DNA of 64,000 nucleotides from an uncultured Gemmatimonadales bacterium (GTDB taxonomy: Bacteria > Gemmatimonadota > Gemmatimonadetes > Gemmatimonadales > GWC2-71-9), in the NCBI GenBank assembly GCA_963842945.1, contig CAWJIM010000024.1, positions 224,001-288,000 on the forward strand, read 5' to 3'. Positions 28,034-39,135 of this stretch are shown piece after piece. The notes below the pieces were generated by a model. It worked only from the letters and a program-made list of their open reading frames with translations. It made no database searches and was not told where the DNA came from. How positions within the stretch are numbered: the first letter of the stretch is position 1; each line of letters starts with the position of its first letter. A program made the translations under genes and the position numbers.

Positions 28034-29369
28034 ATGGGTTCCACCCCTTCCCCATCCATCGCCAACCTACCCAGCGCCTTTGCAGCAGCCTGCCGGCTCT
28101 CCCGAACGGAAGGGGAGCTGTTCGAGCGCTGCCGGGTGGCTCTGGTGCGGCGATTTCAGAGTGAGCGGATCTGGCTCAGCATCACGCTCCTCGACCGAAT
28201 CGACAGCCCAGGTGGGACCATCGCTCGGGTTCGAGCATGCGGCGGAGGTCGCCCGACTGGCCAGCGGCCAAACCGAAGTAGCAATCCATGCCGACCCCCT
28301 GGTCGCGGAAGAGATGCGCTCGGTAGCCATGCCGCTGGCCCTGGGACTGAGCGTGGTGATCGAGCTGCGCAGCATCCTGCTCGAGCGGCAGGCCTCCCTG
28401 GACGACGCCGTGTTCCAGCTCCGGGCCCTGAGGCAGGTCGCCCGGCTGCTCTCGTCGGTTCACTCGACTGAAGAGACCGAGCAGCTGATTCTGGATTTCA
28501 TGGCCGAGGTTTTCTTCGCCTGGTGGGCCTGCCTCTACCGGGCCGAGGGGGAGACCTACGTGCCCCGGGTCTTTCGCTCGCTGAACGACCGCCTGCGGCC
28601 CGCGCCGATCGACCGCGGCGCCCTCGACCTGGCGCTCCCCCCCGGCAGCAGCGCGATCGGGGGGGACGATATCTCGATCGGGGAGCTGGTAGGACCGGGA
28701 GCGGAGCTGGTGGTGCCGCTGGACGCCGGCGCCGAACGGATGGCGGTGCTGGTATTGGGCTCCCGAATCAGCGACAAGCTGTATGGGAGAGCCGAGTCGG
28801 AGCTGGCCGCCACCCTCTCCTTTGCCGCCGCCATTGCCCTCAAGAACTCCGAGCTGGTCGAACAGCTGCACAGCGCCGCCACGACCGACGAGCTGACCGG
28901 ACTGTGTAACCGCCGGGCGCTGGAAGACCGACTGGCGGCCGAGATTGCGCGAAGTCTGCGGCATCAACTCCACACCAGTGTTCTGCTGCTCGACCTGGAC
29001 CGGTTCAAAGTGGTGAACGACACCATGGGCCATGCGGCCGGCGACCGGCTGCTGGTGCAGGTGGGTCAGGTGCTGCGGAGACAGTGCCGGGCGCTGGACG
29101 TGGTGGGACGCCTGGGCGGAGACGAGTTTCTCGTGATACTGCCCATGACCAAACCGGCGGAGGCGCGCGTCTTCGTCGCCCGGGTGCAGGCCAGTCTCCG
29201 GGAGTTCGAGAAAACCAACCCGGAGTTCGGCAGCTGTACCCTGAGCATGGGAATTGCCGAATCGCCCCAGCACGGCACCACCGTAAGCAGCGTGCTTGCC
29301 GCAGCCGACAACGCCTTGTACCGGGCCAAGCGCGGCGGCAGGAATACCGTGGAAGTCGCGGAGAGCTAG
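28034..29369 (+). CDS. GAF-GGDEF diguanylate cyclase (frameshift ~28200)
   Basis: TDELTGL, DLDRFKVVNDTMGH, RALD I-site, RLGGDEF. Confidence 0.9.
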
Positions 29370-29371
29370 CC

Positions 29372-29920
29372 ATCACCACCCCATCCGAGTTCACCCTGCT
29401 GGGTGACGCGATCTGGCTCGATTTCGTCAACACCGCGCGCGGCCGAACGCCGGCCCCGCCTGACCTGCTGCCGGATGACGCAGCCATTGCGCGCTGGGCC
29501 GACGCGCAAAGTTTGCACTCGAGCCATGAGCAGCCTGGGCTGGAAGAGGCGCTCGGTCTGCGCCAGCAGCTGACCGCCCTTGCCGAGGCCCTCGATCTCG
29601 GCCTCCAGCCTCCCGGCGGGGCGATTGCGGCGATCAACCAGCAGCTGGCCCGTGAGCCGGGACACCATCAGTTGATCCGGACCGGCGGGGCATGGCAGCT
29701 CCGGTTTGCTCCGACCCGGCGTCCCCCTCTCCTCGCCGCGATCGTCCAATCGGCGGCGGCCACCCTGGCCCAGCCCTTGATCTACGTCCGCCGGTGCGCG
29801 GGCGAAGGGTGCTCGCTCTTCTTCACCGACGATTCCGCCAATCAGAGCCGCCGCTGGTGTAACCCGGCGGTGTGCGGCCGCGAGGTCAGGGTCGAGCGCC
29901 GCCGCGGACTCCTGCGCTGA
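29372..29920 (+). CDS. ABATE/CGNR zinc-finger protein (no canonical start; ATC candidate)
   Basis: LDFVNT, CAGEGC..F.D.S..RRWC..CG. Confidence 0.85.
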   Translation: MTTPSEFTLLGDAIWLDFVNTARGRTPAPPDLLPDDAAIARWADAQSLHSSHEQPGLEEALGLRQQLTALAEALDLGLQPPGGAIAAINQQLAREPGHHQLIRTGGAWQLRFAPTRRPPLLAAIVQSAAATLAQPLIYVRRCAGEGCSLFFTDDSANQSRRWCNPAVCGREVRVERRRGLLR

Positions 29921-31671
29921 GCGCCACCGAGCCCTACCGCTACTTCCAGCGGACCCAGGAGACCCTGGGGCACCGCTATCGCCTGGAACGCACCGTCGCC
30001 GCTACGCCGGAGCAGGTTCTGTTCGAGGCTCATGACCTGATCCTCAAGCGTCGGATCAGCTTGCGGGTCAACTTCTACGAAGATCCGGCGATACGCGCGT
30101 GGTTTCTGCGTGAAGCCGAGGCGCTCAGTCGACTGGATCACCCGGCGATCCGGCACGTGTACGACGCGGGGATCATCGGCGACCTGGCATTTCGGGTGGG
30201 CAACTGGATCGAGGGAGAGGGACTGCAGCAGGCGCTGCACCGGGGGCCGCGTCCGATTCCCATGGTGCACACGATGGCCCGCGACACCCTGGGCGCGCTG
30301 GAACATGCCCATGGCTACGGCATCATCGTACGGCGGATCGTCCCGCCTTCGGTGATGTTGAGCACCGCGGGGCGGGCCACGATTACCGACCTGCGCTTCT
30401 GCAGTTATACGCTTCCCGCGATTCCGCCCGGAACGGTGCCCATGTCCCTGGCCTACATGGCTCCGGAGGTGCGCGACGGGGCTCCGGGCGATGCCACCAG
30501 CGACGTGTATACCGCGGGGGCCCTGCTCTACGTCGCCATCACCGGCCAGGAACCGGCCCTCGATCCGCGCCAACTTCGCCGGCCCAGCGAGCTCCGGCCC
30601 GCCTGTCCCCGGGCAATCGAACGCATCATTCTCCGCTCGCTGCAGCCGGCCCAGGACGATCGCTACCTGACCGCGGCGGAGATGCTGGAGGACTTCGCCT
30701 CGGACGCCGGGAGCTTCGAGACTCCGGCCGTGGCGGTGGCGCCGGGGTCGCTGGCCGACGCGGAAGACAATGCCCGCTGGGAGAAGCGGCTGCGCCGGGC
30801 GCTGGGCGACGATTACGAGCTGCTCAACCTGCTCGGCACCGGCGGTTTCGGACGGGTGTACCGGGTGCGTGACCTCAGCCTGGAGCGCGAGGTTGCGCTC
30901 AAGGTGCTGCAGCCGCTGCTCACTCGAGACCCCGAGGTGGTGGAGCGCTTCCGGCGCGAAGCCCAGCTGGCTGCCGGCCTCAGTCACCCAAACATTGTCA
31001 ACATTTTCGATATCGGGGGCCGGTCGGGTCTGCTCTGGTACACCATGGAGCTGATCAACGGGCCCAGCCTGGCCCAACTGGTAGAGCGAGAAGGCCCTCT
31101 GCCGCTGGACAAGGTGCTTCGGCTCCTGCGGGAGGCGCTCTCCGCTCTGGCCCACGCCCACGGATCGGGTCTGGTGCACCGCGACATCAAGCCGGAAAAC
31201 ATGCTGATCGATCAGACCGGCAGCCTGCAGATCACCGACTTCGGATTGGCGCTGGCGCTCCGGGGAAAGTACGGGGGTGCCACCAGCCAAAGCGGCACAC
31301 CGCAGTTCGCCAGTCCGGAGCAGCTGCTGGGAGAGCGAGTGGACCAGCGGTCCGATCTGTACAGTCTGGCCGCGGTGGCCTACTACGCTCTGCTGGGCAC
31401 TCCTCCTTTCCCCGGATTGACCACGGAACAGGTGCTGGCAAAACAAACGACGAATCAGTTCCCCACATCGAGAGGGCAGCGCGACGATGTGAGCGAGGCG
31501 CTCGAGCGGGTGCTGGATCGGGCACTCCGGGCGGACGTGAGCGAGCGCTATCCGTCGGCGGCCGAGTTCCTCCAGGCGGTCAACCAGGCCGCGGGAGCGC
31601 CCGGACGAGAGCCGGTGACCGACTGGGCCCGGGCAGCAGCCCGGTGGTTTCGCGGCTCCCCCCTTGACTAA
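29917..31671 (+). CDS. Tandem Ser/Thr kinase: N-terminal pseudokinase + C-terminal intact Hanks kinase
   Basis: C domain LGTGGFG, VALK, HRDIKPEN, DFG; N domain degenerate. Start is CTG 29917 or GTG 29872. Confidence 0.9.
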   Translation: MSATEPYRYFQRTQETLGHRYRLERTVAATPEQVLFEAHDLILKRRISLRVNFYEDPAIRAWFLREAEALSRLDHPAIRHVYDAGIIGDLAFRVGNWIEGEGLQQALHRGPRPIPMVHTMARDTLGALEHAHGYGIIVRRIVPPSVMLSTAGRATITDLRFCSYTLPAIPPGTVPMSLAYMAPEVRDGAPGDATSDVYTAGALLYVAITGQEPALDPRQLRRPSELRPACPRAIERIILRSLQPAQDDRYLTAAEMLEDFASDAGSFETPAVAVAPGSLADAEDNARWEKRLRRALGDDYELLNLLGTGGFGRVYRVRDLSLEREVALKVLQPLLTRDPEVVERFRREAQLAAGLSHPNIVNIFDIGGRSGLLWYTMELINGPSLAQLVEREGPLPLDKVLRLLREALSALAHAHGSGLVHRDIKPENMLIDQTGSLQITDFGLALALRGKYGGATSQSGTPQFASPEQLLGERVDQRSDLYSLAAVAYYALLGTPPFPGLTTEQVLAKQTTNQFPTSRGQRDDVSEALERVLDRALRADVSERYPSAAEFLQAVNQAAGAPGREPVTDWARAAARWFRGSPLD

Positions 31672-31879
31672 CTACGCTGGTTATACAAATTTGTCCCCGC
31701 GATTAGAACCCAGTTGCAGGTCTGACCGATCGGAATCTTTTTCGAATGGCGTTCAAGACCCGGGACATCGCCTCGGGTCTTTTCATTTTTTATGACGCAG
31801 GACAGGCCTGCGCTCATAAAAACTCGGCATTCCGGATATTCCGGAGCCGACGCAGTCAAATAAACATGGAGTAGTCTCA

Positions 31880-32092
31880 ATGGCTCGCACCATCGGCACG
31901 GTGAAGTGGTTCAATGATGCAAAGGGTTTTGGTTTTATCACCCCGGAGAATGGGGACAAGGATTGTTTCGTCCACCACACCGCCATCAAGGCGGAAGGCT
32001 TCCGCAGCCTTTCCGAGGGCGACCGGGTTGAGTTCGACATCGTGCAGGGTGCGAAGGGCCCCGCCGCCGAGAACGTAACCAAGGTGAAATAG
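31880..32092 (+). CDS. cspA: Cold-shock protein
   Basis: [19 protein letters not shown]. Confidence 0.97.
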   Translation: MARTIGTVKWFNDAKGFGFITPENGDKDCFVHHTAIKAEGFRSLSEGDRVEFDIVQGAKGPAAENVTKVK

Positions 32093-32123
32093 GGCCAGCC
32101 GCTTTGGCTGGCCATCGTTGTGA

Positions 32124-32159
32124 CAAGAAGGCCGCTCATCTGAGCGGCCTTCTTTGTTT
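32124..32159. terminator. Bidirectional intrinsic terminator (cspA/infA)
   Basis: AAGAAGGCCGCTCA-TC-TGAGCGGCCTTCTTTGTTT. Confidence 0.8.
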
Positions 32160-32168
32160 GGCTCGGGA

Positions 32169-32195
32169 AGATGCTTCGCATACGCTCAGGATGAC
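32169..32195. repeat. REP-like half element
   Basis: AGATGCTTCGCATACGCTCAGGATGAC. Confidence 0.65.
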
Positions 32196-32209
32196 CAGCG
32201 AGACGCTGG

Positions 32210-32428
32210 TCATTTGTGCCGATAAATCACCCTTCCACGCGTCAGATCATAGGGTGACAGCACCACGCTGACCCGATCGCCCTCCAACACCCGAATCTTG
32301 AACTTGCTCATCTTTCCCGCGGCGTAGGCCAGAATTTCGTGGCCGTTTTCCAGCATGACCCGGTAGTTTCGGTCGGGTAACACCTCGGTGACCACACCCT
32401 CCATCTCGATTCCTTCTTCTTTAGCCAT
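32210..32428 (-). CDS. infA: Translation initiation factor IF-1
   Basis: [26 protein letters not shown]. Confidence 0.98.
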   Translation of the reverse strand: MAKEEGIEMEGVVTEVLPDRNYRVMLENGHEILAYAAGKMSKFKIRVLEGDRVSVVLSPYDLTRGRVIYRHK

Positions 32429-32462
32429 CCAGTATCTCCTAGAGGGGTACGCGGCTACCGGT

Positions 32463-34223
32463 CTATGACGGGTGGAGCCGAGGGAATTTTGCCTCTCGAC
32501 GGCCGGGAATCAACTCCGAGGGAGCTCGGCCCGCGCCCGCTCGATCTGGGTCTCGACCAGCTCCGACCAGCTGCGCGATTTCGCCGACGTCAAAGGTGAG
32601 CCGGGCGCCCGCGGCACTGTAGATGTCCGGCAAGTTGCGGGTGGCGCCAAGCGCCAGCGCCTCGCGGTACCGGGCCACCGCCTTGGCGGGATTATCCAGA
32701 CTGTTGCGCCAGACCTGGAGTGCTCCGATCTGGGCGATACCGTACTCGATGTAGTAGAACGGGTACATGAAGATGTGCAGCTGGCGATACCAGCGAGCTA
32801 CCCGCGCCTCCTCCAGTCCAGACCAATCCACCCCGCGCTCGAAGCGCTGCCGTATCCGGAGCCACGCCTCATCTCTGGCCCGGGCGTCGCCGCCCTGACC
32901 GCTGGTATAGATCCAGGTCTGGAAGGCATCCACCGAGGCGATGTGCACCAGACTCAGCAGCACGTCTTCCAGGTGCTCCAGCCACGCGCTTCGGGCCTCG
33001 ACGGCATCGAAGTACCCCACCGGTTGCGCCAGATGAGGTGAGGCCAGGAACTCCATTGACATTGACGCGAGCTCCGCGGCCTCGGAGCCAGGATGCCGCT
33101 GCCAGATGAGCGGCAGCGGATGAGAGGCAAAGGCATGAAAGGCGTGTCCCGCCTCGTGCAGCAGGGTCATCACGTCGTCCACCAGACCGACCGCATTCAT
33201 GAAGATGAAGGGCCGGCCGTTGAAGTGGAGCGTTTCGCAGTAGCCACCCGGCGCCTTGCCCTTGCGACTCTCGAGGTCGAGTAGTCCCTCGTCGATCATG
33301 GTCTGAAACTCACGGCCCAGCGAGGGATGCACCCGATCGAAGACCTGCTTGGCCTTGCCCACCAAATCTGAAGCGTCGGAGAACGGGCGCAGCGGATTGC
33401 GGCGATAGGGGTCAACCGCCAGGTCCCATGGCCGGAGGACGTCCAGCCGCAGGCGCTGCCGCCGATGCTCCAAGACCCGTTGCACCGCGGGGGCCGCGGT
33501 TTGCTCGATGGCCGCGTGGAACCTCTCGCAGTCGGCCGGGGTGTAATCGAAGCGGAACTTGGCGGGAAAGATGTAGTCTCGAAAATTTTCGAAACCGGCA
33601 TTGTGGGCGGCACGGGTTCTGAGCTGATACATCTGGTCGAACAGAGCGGCCAGTTGGCTGCGGCTTTCGATGTAGGGTGCACTCGCCGCCCGGAAGGCTC
33701 GCTCCCGAACCGCCCGGTCCGGACTCTTCAGAAATGGCTGAAGCTGGGGGAGCGGCCGCTCCACACCCTCCCACTCGGCGGTCATCGATCCGGTGATCCG
33801 CTGATAGCGGGCGCTGTGCTCCTCCAGCTCGGCGAAGATGGGAACGTTCTCTTCCCGGAAGATTTCGATCTGAGTTCGGAAACGGGCCAGTGTGGTGGTG
33901 AGATCGGGCGTGCTGAAGCCGGTGGCCAAAAGCTTCCGGGCCAGCTCGACGCTCCGTTCCTCCATTCGGGGCAGGATTTCGGTGGAGAACCGGAGGTGAT
34001 CGGCCTCCTTGTCTCGATCGCTGGTGTCGATGGTGTACGCGATCATGGCCCGTGCCGCGGCCTCGGTGACCAATTCCTCCAGCCGGGACCATTCATGGAG
34101 CCACGGGGTGAGGTTGTCGGAGCCGAGCTGACGCGCCGCCAGGTCATCGAAAAATGGTGCTATGTCCTCCCACCTAGCGCGGGCAAGAGCAGAGGGCGAT
34201 GGCGGCAAATAAGACACTGTCAC
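32463..34223 (-). CDS. M3 family oligoendopeptidase (likely C-terminal indel)
   Basis: [30 protein letters not shown] 34223 with AGGAG SD. Confidence 0.92.
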   Translation of the reverse strand: MTVSYLPPSPSALARARWEDIAPFFDDLAARQLGSDNLTPWLHEWSRLEELVTEAAARAMIAYTIDTSDRDKEADHLRFSTEILPRMEERSVELARKLLATGFSTPDLTTTLARFRTQIEIFREENVPIFAELEEHSARYQRITGSMTAEWEGVERPLPQLQPFLKSPDRAVRERAFRAASAPYIESRSQLAALFDQMYQLRTRAAHNAGFENFRDYIFPAKFRFDYTPADCERFHAAIEQTAAPAVQRVLEHRRQRLRLDVLRPWDLAVDPYRRNPLRPFSDASDLVGKAKQVFDRVHPSLGREFQTMIDEGLLDLESRKGKAPGGYCETLHFNGRPFIFMNAVGLVDDVMTLLHEAGHAFHAFASHPLPLIWQRHPGSEAAELASMSMEFLASPHLAQPVGYFDAVEARSAWLEHLEDVLLSLVHIASVDAFQTWIYTSGQGGDARARDEAWLRIRQRFERGVDWSGLEEARVARWYRQLHIFMYPFYYIEYGIAQIGALQVWRNSLDNPAKAVARYREALALGATRNLPDIYSAAGARLTFDVGEIAQLVGAGRDPDRAGAGRAPSELIPGRREAKFPRLHPS

Positions 34224-34282
34224 GATGGCTCCTGTAACCGGATGAACGGGCAACCCCAGATATAACGACGATTCGGCGAGAG

Positions 34283-36010
34283 TCACAACCCATTTGGCCG
34301 GAGGCGGTGAAATGTCGTGCGCTGCTGGTATTGCATGCCAATCTCGAATAGCGCGCCTTCCCCCAGCGCGCGCCCGGTAAGCTGCAGACTGGTCGGCAAT
34401 CCGGCCTCTCCCAGGCCGTTCATCATGAAGAGCCCGGGAACCCCGCAGAGATTGGCAGCTCCGCTGATGTCGGTCCCGCCGGGAAACGCTGGGTAGGCTT
34501 TGTCGAACGGCCGGTCGATCGGCCAGGCCACTGTGGGTAGCGATGGAGCAGCGACGGCATCTACCTGGCTCAGCAAACCATCGAGGGCCTTTGCCGCAAT
34601 GCGCCGAACCCGAAGTGCTCGGAGGTAATCTTTTGCCAGGATGACCTGGCCGGCATACCCGCCGAGACGATCCTGGGGAGCGGTGAGCGTGGTGATGCTG
34701 CCGCTCTCAAACAGCGGCTCGAAGGCGCTGGCCCCCTCGGCGTCGATAATGATGCTGGCTGCCGCATCGAAGGGAAGATCCGGTAGCTCCAGATCCTCCA
34801 CCAGGTCGCTGAATTCTCGCAACACCGAGACCGAGTTTTCGAAGTTCCGCAGAACTTCCGGTTGAATCTTCTCCCGAGTCCCTTTCAAAATACCGATCCG
34901 GAACCGGCGGGACGCCGTGGCTGATGGAGCCACGAACTTCTCAGGCAGGGCGGAGGGATCTTCGGGATCGGGACCAGCCACCGCTGCGAGAACAATCCCA
35001 CAATCGCGGGCGGTGCGCCCCAGCGGACCCAGTTTATCCATGGTCCAGCTCAGTGCCATTGCTCCGTGGCGGCTCACCCGGCCGTACGTGGGGCGAAGTC
35101 CGCTGACCCCGCAGAACGCCGAGGGAAACTGAATCGACCCCCAGGTTTCGGATCCGATGGCAAATGGGACCATCCCAGCACCGACGGCGGAGCCAGGACC
35201 GCTGGATGATCCGCCGGACCAACGGCTCGGGTCCCAGGGACTTTTGCCGGGACCGGTGAAGCTGGCGAAGGCCTGACTATATCCCATGCCCCCGGCAAGC
35301 TCGACCATGCCGAGCTTGGCGCAGAGGACCGCTCCGGCTTCGCGCAGCCGGGTAACTACCGTCGCGTCACCCTGGAGCATCTGGTGTCGGTACGGCTCTG
35401 CTCCCCACGTGGTGGGGGCGCCCTTAGTGGCCAGGAGATCCTTGGCTCCATAAGGAATACCGTGGAGCGGTCCGCGGTCGGTGCCTCCGGCGAGCTCCCG
35501 GTCTCGCTCCGCGGCCTCCTCCAGGGCTGAAGGGCGAAGCACCGTCACCACCGCATTGAAGCGGGGACCCAGCCGCTCCAGTCGCTCGAGGAAATGCCTG
35601 GTGAGCTCCACCGCGGTGATTTGCCGCTTGCGCAGCAGCGTCCCCAGCTCCTCGACCGTAGAGAACGAGAAATCAGTCATCGGATGCGGGGCCGCGGTAG
35701 GAGCCGAGAAGACGAAATCGGGCTCGTCGCCATTGGCGAGCGGGACCTTTTTGAGACGCTCGACCCGCTCCAGGCCGCTCTGGATCTGATTGGTGATGGT
35801 GCTCAGGGCCTTGGGCGAGAGTCGTGAGCCGTACTGGGCTCGAATCGCTCCGGCAAGAGCCTTGGCGAGCGCTCCGGCAGGTGCGTTCGCAGGATCGTCC
35901 GGCGGACTCCAATCGAGCCGCGGAATGGATCCGGGAGTCACGCCCAGCACAGGAGCGAGTGCGGCAATGGCCAGGGACTCGGCGAAGGCGCGGCGGGTAA
36001 GATCGTTCAC
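34283..36010 (-). CDS. Amidase signature enzyme with Tat-like N-terminal extension
   Basis: TRRAF, GIPYGAKD, GGSSSG, IGSETWGSI; internal ATG at 35680. Confidence 0.9.
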   Translation of the reverse strand: MNDLTRRAFAESLAIAALAPVLGVTPGSIPRLDWSPPDDPANAPAGALAKALAGAIRAQYGSRLSPKALSTITNQIQSGLERVERLKKVPLANGDEPDFVFSAPTAAPHPMTDFSFSTVEELGTLLRKRQITAVELTRHFLERLERLGPRFNAVVTVLRPSALEEAAERDRELAGGTDRGPLHGIPYGAKDLLATKGAPTTWGAEPYRHQMLQGDATVVTRLREAGAVLCAKLGMVELAGGMGYSQAFASFTGPGKSPWDPSRWSGGSSSGPGSAVGAGMVPFAIGSETWGSIQFPSAFCGVSGLRPTYGRVSRHGAMALSWTMDKLGPLGRTARDCGIVLAAVAGPDPEDPSALPEKFVAPSATASRRFRIGILKGTREKIQPEVLRNFENSVSVLREFSDLVEDLELPDLPFDAAASIIIDAEGASAFEPLFESGSITTLTAPQDRLGGYAGQVILAKDYLRALRVRRIAAKALDGLLSQVDAVAAPSLPTVAWPIDRPFDKAYPAFPGGTDISGAANLCGVPGLFMMNGLGEAGLPTSLQLTGRALGEGALFEIGMQYQQRTTFHRLRPNGL

Positions 36011-37928
36011 CCTGGAGTCTCCTTCGGCTGGGGGGCGGTGCTGCGTCCCTGCCGATGGTAGAGATAGGCCAGAAGAAGAAAGACGAGCCCCAGGATGAAC
36101 ACCGATCCCACCCGGTAGAGCGCATCGAGAGACGACAGATCGAACACTAGAACCTTGATGACCGCCAGCCCGGCCACGCCGAGCCCTGCAACGCGGGCCG
36201 GCTTGAGACCACGGCGAAAGCCCAGGCCCACTAACGCCGCGGCAAAGACCAGCCACCAGGCACTCACCGCAAGACTCGAGGCCAGCGAAGCGGTGTATGC
36301 GGAAACCGTTTTGAGCTCGAAGTATCGCCGGATCTCCGCGGTGACTCCGAACAGGATCAGGCCGCCGCCCAGGGCCCAGAGTCCGCCTTGCGGAACCGGC
36401 GACGCGCCGGCCAGTCCAGCTCGGCGCCACAGGCCGGCTGCAAGCAGCATGGAGACAAGAGCGGTGGCCCATAGTGCCATGGCCCAGGGTCCGAAGAACG
36501 CGGCATCACCGGCCGTCCTTCGAAGCAGGGCCTCGCCGAAGAGCTGATGGAGCGCCGCCCAGAATGTGGCCAGTGAATACCAGCGACCGTCTGTCCGCTG
36601 GGTGGGATGGTCCACCGCGGCCCAGAGGAGAACCAGCGCCAGCAGCGCCCACACTCGGGGGACACCGGCCCAGTGATTCCAGGCGGCAATTCCAAGGGCG
36701 GCCGCTCCCACCAGAGCGAAGGCGGGCCGAACACGTTGGTACCCAGCAACGAGGTAGGGCAGCCCAACCAGGAGCGCTGCCGCTCCCCGATGAGTGTCAA
36801 ACCAGTGCCGATCGAGCTGGTGGATGCTCCAGCCCAGGAGAAGCGGGGTCAGGAGGAAATACAGCGTTTCCCCCAACGACCAGCTGGGAGCTCTTTGCGC
36901 CGGGCCCGAGCGGAAAAGCCAGCATCCGCTCGTTGCGCAGGGCGAACCACCAGACCGGCAGGGCGAGCACCAGCCCGGCGGCAAAGATGGCCCAGGGGTG
37001 ATCCAGATGCCTGCTCGCCGCCGCCACGAAGGTCCAGCCGCCGGAGAAAGAGAGAAAGCGGGTTTCCCACCAGTGCTCCCGCAATCCGACGTGAATCCCG
37101 GCACTGCCTCCCAGCACGCCGTAGAGCAGGACTCCCCAGGGCGTGCCGCGGTCCGCCGCTCCGGCGTACGCCACGCCGAAGAAGCTCAGCGCCACCACGA
37201 ACATGGTAAGACGCCAGCTCCGCCGTGCAGCCACCAAGCCCAGTCCCGCGGCCATACAGGCGAGGTACAGGAGCAGCAGATCGGCATCGGCGTTGTTCCG
37301 CCCCAGCAGGAGCGGAGCGAAGAAGGCGCCGACCGCGGCCGTGGCGCCCAGCGCCTCGACGTCGATGGCGTAGGCGATCATGGCCAGGGATACCGACACC
37401 AGGGCCAGGCTAAGCACACCCGTGGTGGGCGGCACCACGCCGTACAACCGGGCGGCGGCCCATACGCTCAGGTAGATGATGGCCGCGCCACAGCCGATCA
37501 GGGCGGCGCCATAGGTGCGGTATCGTGGATGAAGGCGCCAACCGAGGGCCCCGACGATCAACCCTGCGGCGGCTCCGCCGATGCAGCGCATGACCGGCGA
37601 GATCCACCCCCGGTCGAACGAGAGCCGCAGCAGGTATCCCGCTGCGAGAATCAGCGCCACCACTCCTACGGCGAGGAGGACGCGTTGGCCGATCCACTGC
37701 TCGGATGAAAGCGCGAAGCGGGGCAGCGGGGACGCGGGGACGCAGGCGCGGTTGAGCGGGGAGGCTGGGAGGTTGGGACGGTGCTGCTTCCGAAGCTGGG
37801 ATCGCTGCCGCGCTGAGAATTCGTGCCCTGCTTCCCCGCTGCCCCGCTTCCCCGCCTAGCACCCTCACCTGCTCCTCGAGCTGCGCCAACCGACGCTCCA
37901 GCTGCTCCAACCGCTCCGCGTCGCTCAT
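36007..37928 (-). CDS. DUF2339-like membrane protein (multiple frameshifts)
   Basis: RLEQLERRLAQLE, EQWIG, KVLVFDLSSL..RVGSVFILG across frames. Confidence 0.75.
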
Positions 37929-39135
37929 CAGGCTTCGACTCCTTCCGCCGCCGACTTGGTGACTCGGGGGTATAGGTCTACTTGAAATGCCATGAGTCCC
38001 ACCAGAGCGACATAGCCGGCCGCCAGGTAGAAGGGCCAGCCGTGGCCGAGTCGCTGGAACGCAATGGTGGCGAGTATCGGGGCCAGCACCCGGGCCAGCC
38101 CGGCAAAGGTCTGGGCCACTCCCATGGTGGTGCCGAGCTCACGCCGGTCTGACGCCCGCGACATCAGAGACGTGGTGGCCGGAAACAGCAAGCGCCGTAC
38201 CAATCGGCACCAGAGGGATCACGATGGCCAGGGTCCAGAGGCTTCGGGGCAGCGGATACAGCGCGAGGCCGAGCACCAGGAGCATGGTGCCGATCCGCAT
38301 GGCCCAGGTCTCCCCGATCCGGTCTACGATGGGCCCGAGCAGCAGGCTCCGCATGACGAACGAAAGCACGCCGACGTAGAGAAAGATGTATCCGATGGTC
38401 TTCTCGTCGATCCCGAATTCGGCTCCGAGATACAATGCCATCACCGAGGTCATGGAGGCAAAGGCCAGCATCCCAACCCCGTAAATCCACAGCAGCCGTC
38501 CGATGGCGGTGGTCGGGTGACGCAGTGCCACCCAGGCCGGATGCCATGGGGGCCGCCGAGGCTGGGCGCTCTTCTGGGCCGGCTCCTTATGCGACTCGGG
38601 TAACCAGCTCCAGGCGAAAAAGACGTTGATGAGGCAGAGAGACGCCGCCACCAGCCCCGGTGCGGCCTGACCCAGGTGGGCGGCGAACGAGCCGATGGCG
38701 GGACCCACCATCACGCCGGCAGATGTTGCCGCCGAGAGCCAGCCCAGTGCGCGAGCCCGGTCGGCCGGTTCGACCGTATCCGCGACATAGGCCTGGGCTA
38801 CTCCGGTGGTTCCACCTCCCGCGCCCTGGACCAAGCGGGAGAGGAAGAGGAGCCAGACGCGTGCTGGCGAATCCGAATACCACATAGGCGATGGCGGAGG
38901 CGCTCAAACCGATCAGCAGGGCGGGCCGTCGGCCGTACCGGTCGGACATCCGGCCCCAGAGCGGCGCGGCCAGCAGCTGGGCAATGGAGAACGAGGCGAT
39001 CAGGCGGCCGATCGTCTCCGGCGTCGCGTGCAGCTTCAGGGCGTAGAACGGGAGCAACGGGAGCACGATCATGAATCCGATCATGTCCACGAAGTTGACC
39101 GCGATCAGCACGGCCAGCCGCCGGAATTGATTCAT
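37928..39135 (-). CDS. MFS transporter, TetA-like (frameshifts)
   Basis: VDMIGFMIVLPLLP, GRMSDRYGRRP, AQAYVAD. Confidence 0.85.
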
